In this document: positions 12,301 to 26,700 of the stretch, one piece after another | How positions within the stretch are numbered: position 1 is the first letter of the stretch | Layout of the letters: every line of letters begins with the position of its first letter | Source of the DNA: Auanema rhodensis | Lineage: Eukaryota > Animalia > Nematoda | DNA: 64,000 nt | Reading direction: 5' to 3' | Assembly: GCA_964057225.1 (NCBI GenBank) | Contig: OZ059894.1 | Span: 20,336,001 to 20,400,000 of the forward strand | Translations under genes and position numbers: made by a program | Notes under the pieces: model-generated | What the model was told of the DNA's origin: nothing | The model's database searches: none | What the model saw: only the letters and a program-made list of their open reading frames with translations

Positions 12301-15300
12301 TTTAGATTCCTTTTTTCAAGGCAAAGACGATGGACAATGTTATTCAACGAAAAAATTGATTCTTCAGGGTGAAAATCGAGGATATAAGTGTGAACTTATA
12401 TCAGTTGATATCTCGATGCATTTTTAAGCTAGCGCAAATCTGATAACACAGATCGACGCAGCTTAAAAATCCGCATCGAATGCACTATACTACATTGAGA
12501 AACGCTTGATACAAAAATTAGTTATGATCGTTTGGAAAATGATGCATTAGTGTATGTTGAGTTTCCATGTACACTCAACATTGCTTCCAAAAACATTTTG
12601 ACAAAAATTTTTTCGAAAAATTTCAAAATAAATTAGCGAAAAATAGATGTTTTTAGATTCCTTTTTTCAAGGCAAAGATGATGGACAATGTTATTCAACG
12701 AAAAAATTAATTCTTCAGGGTGAAAATCGAGGATATAAGTGTGAACTTATATCAGTTGATATCTCGGTGCATTTTTAAGCTAGCGCAAATCTGATAACAC
12801 AGATCGACGCAGCTTAAAAATCCGCATCGAATGCACTATACTACATTGAGAAACGCTTAATACAAAAATTAGTTATGATCGTTTGGAAAATGATGCATTA
12901 GTGTATGTTGAGTTTCCATGTACACTCAACATTGCTTCCAAAAACATTTTGACAAAAATTTTTTCGAAAAATTTCAAAATAAATTAGCAAAAAATAGATG
13001 TTTTTAGATTCCTTTTTTCAAGGCAAAGACGATGGACAATGTTATTCAACAAAAAAATTAATTCTTCAGGGTGAAAATCGAGGATATAAGTGTGAACTTA
13101 TATCAGTTGATATCTCGGTGCATTTTTAAGCTAGCGCAAATCTGATAACACAGATCGACGCAGCTTAAAAATTCGCATCGAATGCACTATACTACATTGA
13201 GAAACGCTTAATACAAAAATAAGTTATGATCGTTTGAAAAATGATGCATTAGTGTATGTTGAGTTTCCATGTACACTCAACATTGCTTCCAAAAACATTT
13301 TGACAAAAATTTTTTCGAAAAATTTCAAAATAATTTAGCAAAAAGTAGATGTTTTTAGATTCCTTTTTTCAAGGCAAAGACGATGGACAATGTTATTCAA
13401 CGAAAAAATTAATTCTTCAGAGTGAAAATCGAGGATATAAGTGTGAACTTATATCAGTTGATATCTCGATGCATTTTTAAGCTAGCGCAAATCTGATAAC
13501 ACAGATCGACGCAGCTTAAAAATCCGCATCGAATGCACTATACTACATTGAGAAACGCTTGATACAAAAATTAGTTATGATCGTTTGGAAAATGATGCAT
13601 TAGTGTATGTTGAGTTTCCATGTACACTCAACATTGCTTCCAAAAACATTTTGACAAAAATTTTTTCGAAAAATTTCAAAATAAATTAGCGAAAAATAGA
13701 TGTTTTTAGATTCCTTTTTTCAAGGCAAAGATGATGGACAATGTTATTCAACGAAAAAATTAATTCTTCAGGGTGAAAATCGAGGATATAAGTGTGAACT
13801 TATATCAGTTGATATCTCGGTGCATTTTTAAGCTAGCGCAAATCTGATAACACAGATCGACGCAGCTTAAAAATCCGCATCGAATGCACTATACTACATT
13901 GAGAAACGCTTAATACAAAAATTAGTTATGATCGTTTGGAAAATGATGCATTAGTGTATGTTGAGTTTCCATGTACACTCAACATTGCTTCCAAAAACAT
14001 TTTGACAAAAATTTTTTCGAAAAATTTCAAAATAAATTAGCAAAAAATAGATGTTTTTAGATTCCTTTTTTCAAGGCAAAGACGATGGACAATGTTATTC
14101 AACAAAAAAATTAATTCTTCAGGGTGAAAATCGAGGATATAAGTGTGAACTTATATCAGTTGATATCTCGGTGCATTTTTAAGCTAGCGCAAATCTGATA
14201 ACACAGATCGACGCAGCTTAAAAATTCGCATCGAATGCACTATACTACATTGAGAAACGCTTAATACAAAAATAAGTTATGATCGTTTGAAAAATGATGC
14301 ATTAGTGTATGTTGAGTTTCCATGTACACTCAACATTGCTTCCAAAAACATTTTGACAAAAATTTTTTCGAAAAATTTCAAAATAAATTAGCAAAAAGTA
14401 GATGTTTTTAGATTCCTTTTTCCAAGGCAAAGACGATGGACAATGTTATTCAACGAAAAAATTAATTCTTCAGAGTGAAAATCGAGGATATAAGTGTGAA
14501 CTTATATCAGTTGATATCTCGATGCATTTTTAAGCTAGCGCAAATCTGATAACACAGATCGACGCAGCTTAAAAATCCGCATCGAATGCACTATACTACA
14601 TTGAGAAACGCTTAATACAAAAATTAGTTATGATCGTTTGGAAAATGATGCATTAGTGTATGTTGAGTTTCCATGTACACTCAACATTGCTTCCAAAAAC
14701 ATTTTGACAAAAATTTTTTCGAAAAATTTCGAAATAAATTAGCGAAAAATAGATGTTTTTAGATTCCTTTTTTCAAGGCAAAGATGATGGACAATGTTAT
14801 TCAACGAAAAAATTAATTCTTCAGGGTGAAAATCGAGGATATAAGTGTGAACTTATATCAGTTGATATCTCGGTGCATTTTTAAGCTAGCGCAAATCTGA
14901 TAACACAGATCGACGCAGCTTAAAAATTCGCATCGAATGCACTATACTACATTGAGAAACGCTTAATACAAAAATAAGTTATGATCGTTTGAAAAATGAT
15001 GCATTAGTGTATGTTGAGTTTCCATGTACACTCAACATTGCTTCCAAAAACATTTTGACAAAAATTTTTTCGAAAAATTTCAAAATAAATTAGCAAAAAG
15101 TAGATGTTTTTAGATTCCTTTTTCCAAGGCAAAGACGATGGACAATGTTATTCAACGAAAAAATTAATTCTTCAGAGTGAAAATCGAGGATATAAGTGTG
15201 AACTTATATCAGTTGATATCTCGATGCATTTTTAAGCTAGCGCAAATCTGATAACACAGATCGACGCAGCTTAAAAATCCGCATCGAATGCACTATACTA

Positions 15301-18300
15301 CATTGAGAAACGCTTAATACAAAAATTAGTTATGATCGTTTGGAAAATGATGCATTAGTGTATGTTGAGTTTCCATGTACACTCAACATTGCTTCCAAAA
15401 ACATTTTGACAAAAATTTTTTCGAAAAATTTCGAAATAAATTAGCGAAAAATAGATGTTTTTAGATTCCTTTTTTCAAGGCAAAGATGATGGACAATGTT
15501 ATTCAACGAAAAAATTAATTCTTCAGGGTGAAAATCGAGGATATAAGTGTGAACTTATATCAGTTGATATCTCGGTGCATTTTTAAGCTAGCGCAAATCT
15601 GATAACACAGATCGACGCAGCTTAAAAATCCGCATCGAATGCACTATACTACATTGAGAAACGCTTAATACAAAAATTAGTTATGATCGTTTGAAAAATG
15701 ATGCATTAGTGTATGTTGAGTTTCCATGTACACTCAACATTGCTTCCAAAAACATTTTGACAAAAATTTTTTCGAAAAATTTCAAAATAAATTAGCAAAA
15801 AGTAGATGTTTTTAGATTCCTTTTTCCAAGGCAAAGACGATGGACAATGTTATTCAACGAAAAAATTAATTCTTCAGAGTGAAAATCGAGGATATAAGTG
15901 TGAACTTATATCAGTTGATATCTCGATGCATTTTTAAGCTAGCGCAAATCTGATAACACAGATCGACGCAGCTTAAAAATCCGCATCGAATGCACTATAC
16001 TACATTGAGAAACGCTTAATACAAAAATTAGTTATGATCGTTTGGAAAATGATGCATTAGTGTATGTTGAGTTTCCATGTACACTCAACATTGCTTCCAA
16101 AAACATTTTGACAAAAATTTTTTCGAAAAATTTCGAAATAAATTAGCGAAAAATAGATGTTTTTAGATTCCTTTTTTCAAGGCAAAGATGATGGACAATG
16201 TTATTCAACGAAAAAATTAATTCTTCAGGGTGAAAATCGAGGATATAAGTGTGAACTTATATCAGTTGATATCTCGGTGCATTTTTAAGCTAGCGCAAAT
16301 CTGATAACACAGATCGACGCAGCTTAAAAATCCGCATCGAATGCACTATACTACATTGAGAAACGCTTAATACAAAAATAAGTTATGATCGTTTGAAAAA
16401 TGATGCATTAGTGTATGTTGAGTTTCCATGTACACTCAACATTGCTTCCAAAAACATTTTGACAAAAATTTTTTCGAAAAATTTCAAAATAAATTAGCAA
16501 AAAGTAGATGTTTTTAGATTCCTTTTTCCAAGGCAAAGACGATGGACAATGTTATTCAACGAAAAAATTAATTCTTCAGGGTGAAAATCGAGGATATAAG
16601 TGTGAACTTATATCAGTTGATATCTCGATGCATTTTTAAGCTAGCGCAAATCTGATAACACAGATCGACGCAGCTTAAAAATCCGCATCGAATGCACTAT
16701 ACTACATTGAGAAACGCTTAATACAAAAATTAGTTATGATCGTTTGGAAAATGATGCATTAGTGTATGTTGAGTTTCCATGTACACTCAACATTGCTTCC
16801 AAAAACATTTTGACAAAAATTTTTTCGAAAAATTTCAAAATAAATTAGCAAAAAATAGATGTTTTTAGATTCCTTTTTTCAAGGCAAAGACGATGGACAA
16901 TGTTATTCAACGAAAAAATTAATTCTTCAGGGTGAAAATCGAGGATATAAGTGTGAACTTATATCAGTTGATATCTCGGTGCATTTTTAAGCTAGCGCAA
17001 ATCTGATAACACAGATCGACGCAGCTTAAAAATCCGCATCGAATGCACTATACTACATTGAGAAACGCTTAATACAAAAATTAGTTATGATCGTTTGGAA
17101 AATGATGCATTAGTGTATGTTGAGTTTCCATGTACACTCAACATTGCTTCCAAAAACATTTTGACAAAAATTTTTTCGAAAAATTTCGAAATAAATTAGC
17201 GAAAAATAGATGTTTTTAGATTCCTTTTTTCAAGGCAAAGATGATGGACAATGTTATTCAACGAAAAAATTAATTCTTCAGGGTGAAAATCGAGGATATA
17301 AGTGTGAACTTATATCAGTTGATATCTCGGTGCATTTTTAAGCTAGCGCAAATCTGATAACACAGATCGACGCAGCTTAAAAATCCGCATCGAATGCACT
17401 ATACTACATTGAGAAACGCTTAATACAAAAATAAGTTATGATCGTTTGAAAAATGATGCATTAGTGTATGTTGAGTTTCCATGTACACTCAACATTGCTT
17501 CCAAAAACATTTTGACAAAAATTTTTTCGAAAAATTTCAAAATAAATTAGCAAAAAGTAGATGTTTTTAGATTCCTTTTTCCAAGGCAAAGACGATGGAC
17601 AATGTTATTCAACGAAAAAATTAATTCTTCAGGGTGAAAATCGAGGATATAAGTGTGAACTTATATCAGTTGATATCTCGATGCATTTTTAAGCTAGCGC
17701 AAATCTGATAACACAGATCGACGCAGCTTAAAAATCCGCATCGAATGCACTATACTACATTGAGAAACGCTTAATACAAAAATTAGTTATGATCGTTTGG
17801 AAAATGATGCATTAGTGTATGTTGAGTTTCCATGTACACTCAACATTGCTTCCAAAAACATTTTGACAAAAATTTTTTCGAAAAATTTCAAAATAAATTA
17901 GCAAAAAATAGATGTTTTTAGATTCCTTTTTCCAAGGCAAAGACGATGGACAATGTTATTCAACGAAAAAATTAATTCTTCAGGGTGAAAATCGAGGATA
18001 TAAGTGTGAACTTATATCAGTTGATATCTCGATGCATTTTTAAGCTAGCGCAAATCTGATAACACAGATCGACGCAGCTTAAAAATCCGCATCGAATGCA
18101 CTATACTACATTGAGAAACGCTTAATACAAAAATTAGTTATGATCGTTTGGAAAATGATGCATTAGTGTATGTTGAGTTTCCATGTACACTCAACATTGC
18201 TTCCAAAAACATTTTGACAAAAATTTTTTCGAAAAATTTCAAAATAAATTAGCAAAAAATAGATGTTTTTAGATTCCTTTTTTCAAGGCAAAGACGATGG

Positions 18301-20709
18301 ACAATGTTATTCAACGAAAAAATTAATTCTTCAGGGTGAAAATCGAGGATATAAGTGTGAACTTATATCAGTTGATATCTCGGTGCATTTTTAAGCTAGC
18401 GCAAATCTGATAACACAGATCGACGCAGCTTAAAAATCCGCATCGAATGCACTATACTACATTGAGAAACGCTTAATACAAAAATTAGTTATGATCGTTT
18501 GGAAAATGATGCATTAGTGTATGTTGAGTTTCCATGTACACTCAACATTGCTTCCAAAAACATTTTGACAAAAATTTTTTCGAAAAATTTCAAAATAAAT
18601 TAGCAAAAAATAGATGTTTTTAGATTCCTTTTTTCAAGGCAAAGACGATGGACAATGTTATTCAACGAAAAAATTAATTCTTCAGGGTGAAAATCGAGGA
18701 TATAAGTGTGAACTTATATCAGTTGATATCTCGGTGCATTTTCAAGCTAGCGCAAATCTGATAACACAGATCGACGCAGCTTAAAAATCCGCATCGAATG
18801 CACTATACTACATTGAGAAACGCTTAATACAAAAATTAGTTATGATCGTTTGGAAAATGATGCATTAGTGTATGTTGAGTTTCCATGTACACTCAACATT
18901 GCTTCCAAAAACATTTTGACAAAAATTTTTTCGAAAAATTTCAAAATAAATTAGCAAAAAGTAGATGTTTTTAGATTCCTTTTTCCAAGGCGAAGACGAT
19001 GGACAATGTTATTCAACGAAAAAATTAATTCTTCAGGGTGAAAATCGAGGATATAAGTGTGAACTTATATCAGTTGATATCTCGGTGCATTTTTAAGCTA
19101 GCGCAAATCTGATAACACAGATCGACGCAGCTTAAAAATCCGCATCGAATGCACTATACTACATTGAGAAACGCTTAATACAAAAATTAGTTATGATCGT
19201 TTGAAAAATGATGAATTAGTGTATGTTGAGTTTCCATGTACACTCAACATTGCTTCCAAAAACATTTTGACAAAAATTTTTTCAAAAAATTTCAAAATAA
19301 ATTAGCAAAAAGTAGATGTTTTTAGATTCCTTTTTTCAAGGCAAAGACGATGGACAAAGTTATTCAACGAAAAAATTAATTCTTCAGGGTGAAATTCGAG
19401 GATATAAGTGTGAACTTATATCAGTTGATATCTCGGTGCATTTTTAAGCTAGCGCAAATCTGATAACACAGATCGACGCAGCTTAAAAATCCGCATCGAA
19501 TGCACTATACTACATTGAGAAACGCTTAATACAAAAATTAGTTATGATCGTTTGAAAAATGATGCATTAGTGTATGTTGAGTTTCCATGTACACTCAACA
19601 TTGCTTCCAAAAACATTTAGACAAAAATTTTTTCGAAAAATTTCAAAATAATTTAGCAAAAAGTAGATGTTTTTAGATTCTTTTTTTCAAGGCAAAGACG
19701 ATGGACAATGTTATTCAACGAAAAAATTGATTCTTCAGGGTGAAAATCGAGGATATAAGTGTGAACTTATATCAGTTGATATCTCGATGCATTTTTAAGC
19801 TAGCGCAAATCTGATAACACAGATCGACGCAGCTTAAAAATCCGCATCGAATGCACTATACTACATTGAGAAACGCTTAATACAAAAATTAGTTATGATC
19901 GTTTGGAAAATGATGCATTAGTGTATGTTGAGTTTCCATGTACACTCAACATTGCTTCCAAAAACATTTTGACAAAAATTTTTTCGAAAAATTTCAAAAT
20001 AAATTAGCAAAAAGTAGATGTTTTTAGATTCCTTTTTCCAAGGCGAAGACGATGGACAATGTTATTCAACGAAAAAATTAATTCTTCAGGGTGAAAATCG
20101 AGGATATAAGTGTGAACTTATATCAGTTGATATCTCGGTGCATTTTTAAGCTAGCGCAAATCTGATAACACAGATCGACGCAGCTTAAAAATCCGCATCG
20201 AATGCACTATACTACATTGAGAAACGCTTAATACAAAAATTAGTTATGATCGTTTGAAAAATGATGAATTAGTGTATGTTGAGTTTCCATGTACACTCAA
20301 CATTGCTTCCAAAAACATTTTGACAAAAATTTTTTCAAAAAATTTCAAAATAAATTAGCAAAAAGTAGATGTTTTTAGATTCCTTTTTTCAAGGCAAAGA
20401 CGATGGACAAAGTTATTCAACGAAAAAATTAATTCTTCAGGGTGAAATTCGAGGATATAAGTGTGAACTTATATCAGTTGATATCTCGGTGCATTTTTAA
20501 GCTAGCGCAAATCTGATAACACAGATCGACGCAGCTTAAAAATCCGCATCGAATGCACTATACTACATTGAGAAACGCTTAATACAAAAATTAGTTATGA
20601 TCGTTTGAAAAATGATGCATTAGTGTATGTTGAGTTTCCATGTACACTCAACATTGCTTCCAAAAACATTTAGACAAAAATTTTTTCGAAAAATTTCAAA
20701 ATAATTTAG

Positions 20710-23700
20710 CAAAAAGTAGATGTTTTTAGATTCCTTTTTTCAAGGCAAAGACGATGGACAATGTTATTCAACGAAAAAATTAATTCTTCAGGGTGAAAAT
20801 CGAGGATATATGTGTGAACTTATATCAGTTGATATCTCGGTGCATTTTTAAGCTAGCGCAAATCTGATAACACAGATCGACGCAGCTTAAAAATCCGCAT
20901 CGAATGCACTATACTACATTGAGAAACGCTTAATACAAAAATTAGTTATGATCGTTCGAAAAATGATGCATTAGTTTATGTTGAGTTTCCATGTACACTC
21001 AACATTGCTTCCAAAAACATTTTGACAAAAATTTTTTCGAAAAATTTCAAAATAAATTAGCAAAAAGTAGATGTTTTTAGATTCCTTTTTTCAAGGCAAA
21101 GACGATGAACAATGTTATTCAAGGAAAAAATTAATTCTTCAGGGTGAAAATCGAGGATATAAGTGTAAACTTATATCAGTTGATATCTCGGTGCATTTTT
21201 AAGCTAGCGCAAATCTGATAACACAGATCGACGCAGCTTAAAAATCCGCATTGAATGCACTATACTACATTGAGAAACGCTTAATACAAAAATTAGTTAT
21301 GATCGTTTGAAAAATGATGCATTAGTTTATGTTGAGTTTCCATGTACACTCAACATTGCTTCCAAAAACATTTTGACAAAAATTTTTTCGAAAAATTTCA
21401 AAATAAATTAGCAAAAAGTAGATGTTTTTAGATTCCTTTTCACAAGGCAAAGACGATGGACAATGTTATTCAACGAAAAAATTAATTCTTCAGGGTGAAA
21501 ATCGAGGATATAAGTGTGAACTTATATCAGTTGATATCTCGGTGCATTTTTAAGCTAGCGCAAATCTGATAACACAGATCGACGCAGCTTAAAAATCCGC
21601 ATCGAATGCACTATACTACATTGAGAAACGCTTGATACAGAAATTAGTTATGATCGTTTGAAAAATGATCCATTAGTGTATGTTGAGTTTCCATGTACAC
21701 TCAACATTGCTTCCAAAAACATTTTGACAAAAATTTTTTCGAAAAATTTCAAAATAAATTAGCAAAAAGTAGATGTTTTTAGATTCCTTTTCACAAGGCA
21801 AAGACGATGGACAATGTTATTCAACGAAAAAATTAATTCTTCAGGGTGAAAATCGAGGATATAAGTGTGAACTTATATCAGTTGATATCTCGGTGCATTT
21901 TTAAGCTAGCGCAAATCTGATAACACAGATCGACGCAGCTTAAAAATCCGCATCTAATGCACTATACTACATTGAGAAACGCTTGATACAGAAATTAGTT
22001 ATGATCGTTTGAAAAATGATCCATTAGTGTATGTTGAGTTTCCATGTACACTCAACATTGCTTCCAAAAACATTTTGACAAAAATTTTTTCGAAAAATTT
22101 CAAAATAAATTAGCAAAAAGTAGATGTTTTTAGATTCCTTTTTTCAAGGCAAAGACGATGAACAATGTTATTCAAGGAAAAAATTAATTCTTCAGGGTGA
22201 AAATCGAGGATATAAGTGTAAACTTATATCAGTTGATATCTCGGTGCATTTTTAAGCTAGCGCAAATCTGATAACACAGATCGACGCAGCTTAAAAATCC
22301 GCATCGAATGCACTATACTACATTGAGAAACGCTTTATACAAAAATTAGTTATGATCGTTTGAAAAATGATGCATTAGTGTATGTTGAGTTTCCATGTAC
22401 ACTCAACATTGCTTCCAAAAACATTTTGACAAAAATTTTTTCGAAAAATTTCAAAATAAATTAGCAAAAAGTAGATGTTTTTAGATTCCTTTTTTCAAGG
22501 CAAAGACGATGAACAATGTTATTCAAGGAAAAAATTAATTCTTCAGGGTGAAAATCGAGGATATAAGTGTAAACTTATATCAGTTGATATCTCGGTGCAT
22601 TTTTAAGCTAGCGCAAATCTGATAACACAGATCGACGCAGCTTAAAAATCCGCATCGAATGCACTATACTACATTGAGAAACGCTTTATACAAAAATTAG
22701 TTATGATCGTTTGAAAAATGATGCATTAGTGTATGTTGAGTTTCCATGTACACTCAACATTGCTTCCAAAAACATTTTGACAAAAATTTTTTCGAAAAAT
22801 TTCAAAATAAATTAGCAAAAAGTAGATGTTTTTAGATTGCTTTTTTCAAGGCAAAGACGATGGACAATGTTATTCAACGAAAAAAATAATTCTTCAGGGT
22901 GAAAATCGGGGATATAAGTGTGAACTTATATCAGTTGATATCTCGGTGCATTTTTAAGCTAGCGCAAATCTGATAACACAGATCGACGCAGCTTAAAAAT
23001 CCGCATTGAATGCACTATACTACATTGAGAAACGCTTAATACAAAAATTAGTTATGATCGTTTGAAAAATGATGCATTAGTTTATGTTGAGTTTCCATGT
23101 ACACTCAACATTGCTTCCAAAAACATTTAGACAAAAATTTTTTCGAAAAATTTCAAAATAATTTAGCAAAAAGTAGATGTTTTTAGATTCCTTTTTTCAA
23201 GGCAAAGACGATGGACAATGTTATTCAACGAAAAAATTAATTCTTCAGGGTGAAAATCGAGGATATATGTGTGAACTTATATCAGTTGATATCTCGGTGC
23301 ATTTTTAAGCTAGCGCAAATCTGATAACACAGATCGACGCAGCTTAAAAATCCGCATCGAATGCACTATACTACATTGAGAAACGCTTAATACAAAAATT
23401 AGTTATGATCGTTCGAAAAATGATGCATTAGTTTATGTTGAGTTTCCATGTACACTCAACATTGCTTCCAAAAACATTTTGACAAAAATTTTTTCGAAAA
23501 ATTTCAAAATAAATTAGCAAAAAGTAGATGTTTTTAGATTCCTTTTTTCAAGGCAAAGACGATGGACAATGTTATTCAACGAAAAAATTAATTCTTCAGG
23601 GTGAAAATCGAGGATATATGTGTGAACTTATATCAGTTGATATCTCGGTGCATTTTTAAGCTAGCGCAAATCTGATAACACAGATCGACGCAGCTTAAAA

Positions 23701-26700
23701 ATCCGCATTGAATGCACTATACTACATTGAGAAACGCTTAATACAAAAATTAGTTATGATCGTTTGAAAAATGATGCATTAGTTTATGTTGAGTTTCCAT
23801 GTACACTCAACATTGCTTCCAAAAACATTTAGACAAAAATTTTTTCGAAAAATTTCAAAATAATTTAGCAAAAAGTAGATGTTTTTAGATTCCTTTTTTC
23901 AAGGCAAAGACGATGGACAATGTTATTCAACGAAAAAATTAATTCTTCAGGGTGAAAATCGAGGATATATGTGTGAACTTATATCAGTTGATATCTCGGT
24001 GCATTTTTAAGCTAGCGCAAATCTGATAACACAGATCGACGCAGCTTAAAAATCCGCATCGAATGCACTATACTACATTGAGAAACGCTTAATACAAAAA
24101 TTAGTTATGATCGTTCGAAAAATGATGCATTAGTTTATGTTGAGTTTCCATGTACACTCAACATTGCTTCCAAAAACATTTTGACAAAAATTTTTTCGAA
24201 AAATTTCAAAATAAATTAGCAAAAAGTAGATGTTTTTAGATTCCTTTTTTCAAGGCAAAGACGATGGACAATGTTATTCAACGAAAAAATTAATTCTTCA
24301 GGGTGAAAATCGAGGATATATGTGTGAACTTATATCAGTTGATATCTCGGTGCATTTTTAAGCTAGCGCAAATCTGATAACACAGATCGACGCAGCTTAA
24401 AAATCCGCATTGAATGCACTATACTACATTGAGAAACGCTTAATACAAAAATTAGTTATGATCGTTTGAAAAATGATGCATTAGTTTATGTTGAGTTTCC
24501 ATGTACACTCAACATTGCTTCCAAAAACATTTTGACAAAAATTTTTTCGAAAAATTTCAAAATAAATTAGCAAAAAGTAGATGTTTTTAGATTCCTTTTC
24601 ACAAGGCAAAGACGATGGACAATGTTATTCAACGAAAAAATTAATTCTTCAGGGTGAAAATCGAGGATATAAGTGTGAACTTATATCAGTTGATATCTCG
24701 GTGCATTTTTAAGCTAGCGCAAATCTGATAACACAGATCGACGCAGCTTAAAAATCCGCATCGAATGCACTATACTACATTGAGAAACGCTTGATACAGA
24801 AATTAGTTATGATCGTTTGAAAAATGATCCATTAGTGTATGTTGAGTTTCCATGTACACTCAACATTGCTTCCAAAAACATTTTGACAAAAATTTTTTCG
24901 AAAAATTTCAAAATAAATTAGCAAAAAGTAGATGTTTTTAGATTCCTTTTCACAAGGCAAAGACGATGGACAATGTTATTCAACGAAAAAATTAATTCTT
25001 CAGGGTGAAAATCGAGGATATAAGTGTGAACTTATATCAGTTGATATCTCGGTGCATTTTTAAGCTAGCGCAAATCTGATAACACAGATCGACGCAGCTT
25101 AAAAATCCGCATCTAATGCACTATACTACATTGAGAAACGCTTGATACAGAAATTAGTTATGATCGTTTGAAAAATGATCCATTAGTGTATGTTGAGTTT
25201 CCATGTACACTCAACATTGCTTCCAAAAACATTTTGACAAAAATTTTTTCGAAAAATTTCAAAATAAATTAGCAAAAAGTAGATGTTTTTAGATTCCTTT
25301 TTTCAAGGCAAAGACGATGAACAATGTTATTCAAGGAAAAAATTAATTCTTCAGGGTGAAAATCGAGGATATAAGTGTAAACTTATATCAGTTGATATCT
25401 CGGTGCATTTTTAAGCTAGCGCAAATCTGATAACACAGATCGACGCAGCTTAAAAATCCGCATCGAATGCACTATACTACATTGAGAAACGCTTTATACA
25501 AAAATTAGTTATGATCGTTTGAAAAATGATGCATTAGTGTATGTTGAGTTTCCATGTACACTCAACATTGCTTCCAAAAACATTTTGACAAAAATTTTTT
25601 CGAAAAATTTCAAAATAAATTAGCAAAAAGTAGATGTTTTTAGATTCCTTTTTTCAAGGCAAAGACGATGAACAATGTTATTCAAGGAAAAAATTAATTC
25701 TTCAGGGTGAAAATCGAGGATATAAGTGTAAACTTATATCAGTTGATATCTCGGTGCATTTTTAAGCTAGCGCAAATCTGATAACACAGATCGACGCAGC
25801 TTAAAAATCCGCATCGAATGCACTATACTACATTGAGAAACGCTTAATACAAAAATTAGTTATGATCGTTTGAAAAATGATGCATTAGTTTATGTTGAGT
25901 TTCCATGTACACTCAACATTGCTTCCAAAAACATTTTGACAAAAATTTTTTCGAAAAATTTCAAAATAAATTAGCAAAAAGTAGATGTTTTTAGATTCCT
26001 TTTCACAAGGCAAAGACGATGGACAATGTTATTCAACGAAAAAATTAATTCTTCAGGGTGAAAATCGAGGATATAAGTGTGAACTTATATCAGTTGATAT
26101 CTCGGTGCATTTTTAAGCTAGCGCAAATCTGATAACACAGATCGACGCAGCTTAAAAATCCGCATCGAATGCACTATACTACATTGAGAAACGCTTGATA
26201 CAGAAATTAGTTATGATCGTTTGAAAAATGATCCATTAGTGTATGTTGAGTTTCCATGTACACTCAACATTGCTTCCAAAAACATTTTGACAAAAATTTT
26301 TTCGAAAAATTTCAAAATAAATTAGCAAAAAGTAGATGTTTTTAGATTCCTTTTCACAAGGCAAAGACGATGGACAATGTTATTCAACGAAAAAATTAAT
26401 TCTTCAGGGTGAAAATCGAGGATATAAGTGTGAACTTATATCAGTTGATATCTCGGTGCATTTTTAAGCTAGCGCAAATCTGATAACACAGATCGACGCA
26501 GCTTAAAAATCCGCATCTAATGCACTATACTACATTGAGAAACGCTTGATACAGAAATTAGTTATGATCGTTTGAAAAATGATCCATTAGTGTATGTTGA
26601 GTTTCCATGTACACTCAACATTGCTTCCAAAAACATTTTGACAAAAATTTTTTCGAAAAATTTCAAAATAAATTAGCAAAAAGTAGATGTTTTTAGATTC

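Larger units (their letters stand above)
1..20709. repeat. Array domain I (monomers 1-59): alternating A/B variant monomers plus a C/D subfamily
   Basis: Markers ctcgatg (offset 131 A), tttttccaagg (31 C), aaaaaatag (7 A) and gatgatgg (43 T) occur here and were not noticed after ~20.1 kb. Confidence 0.8.
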
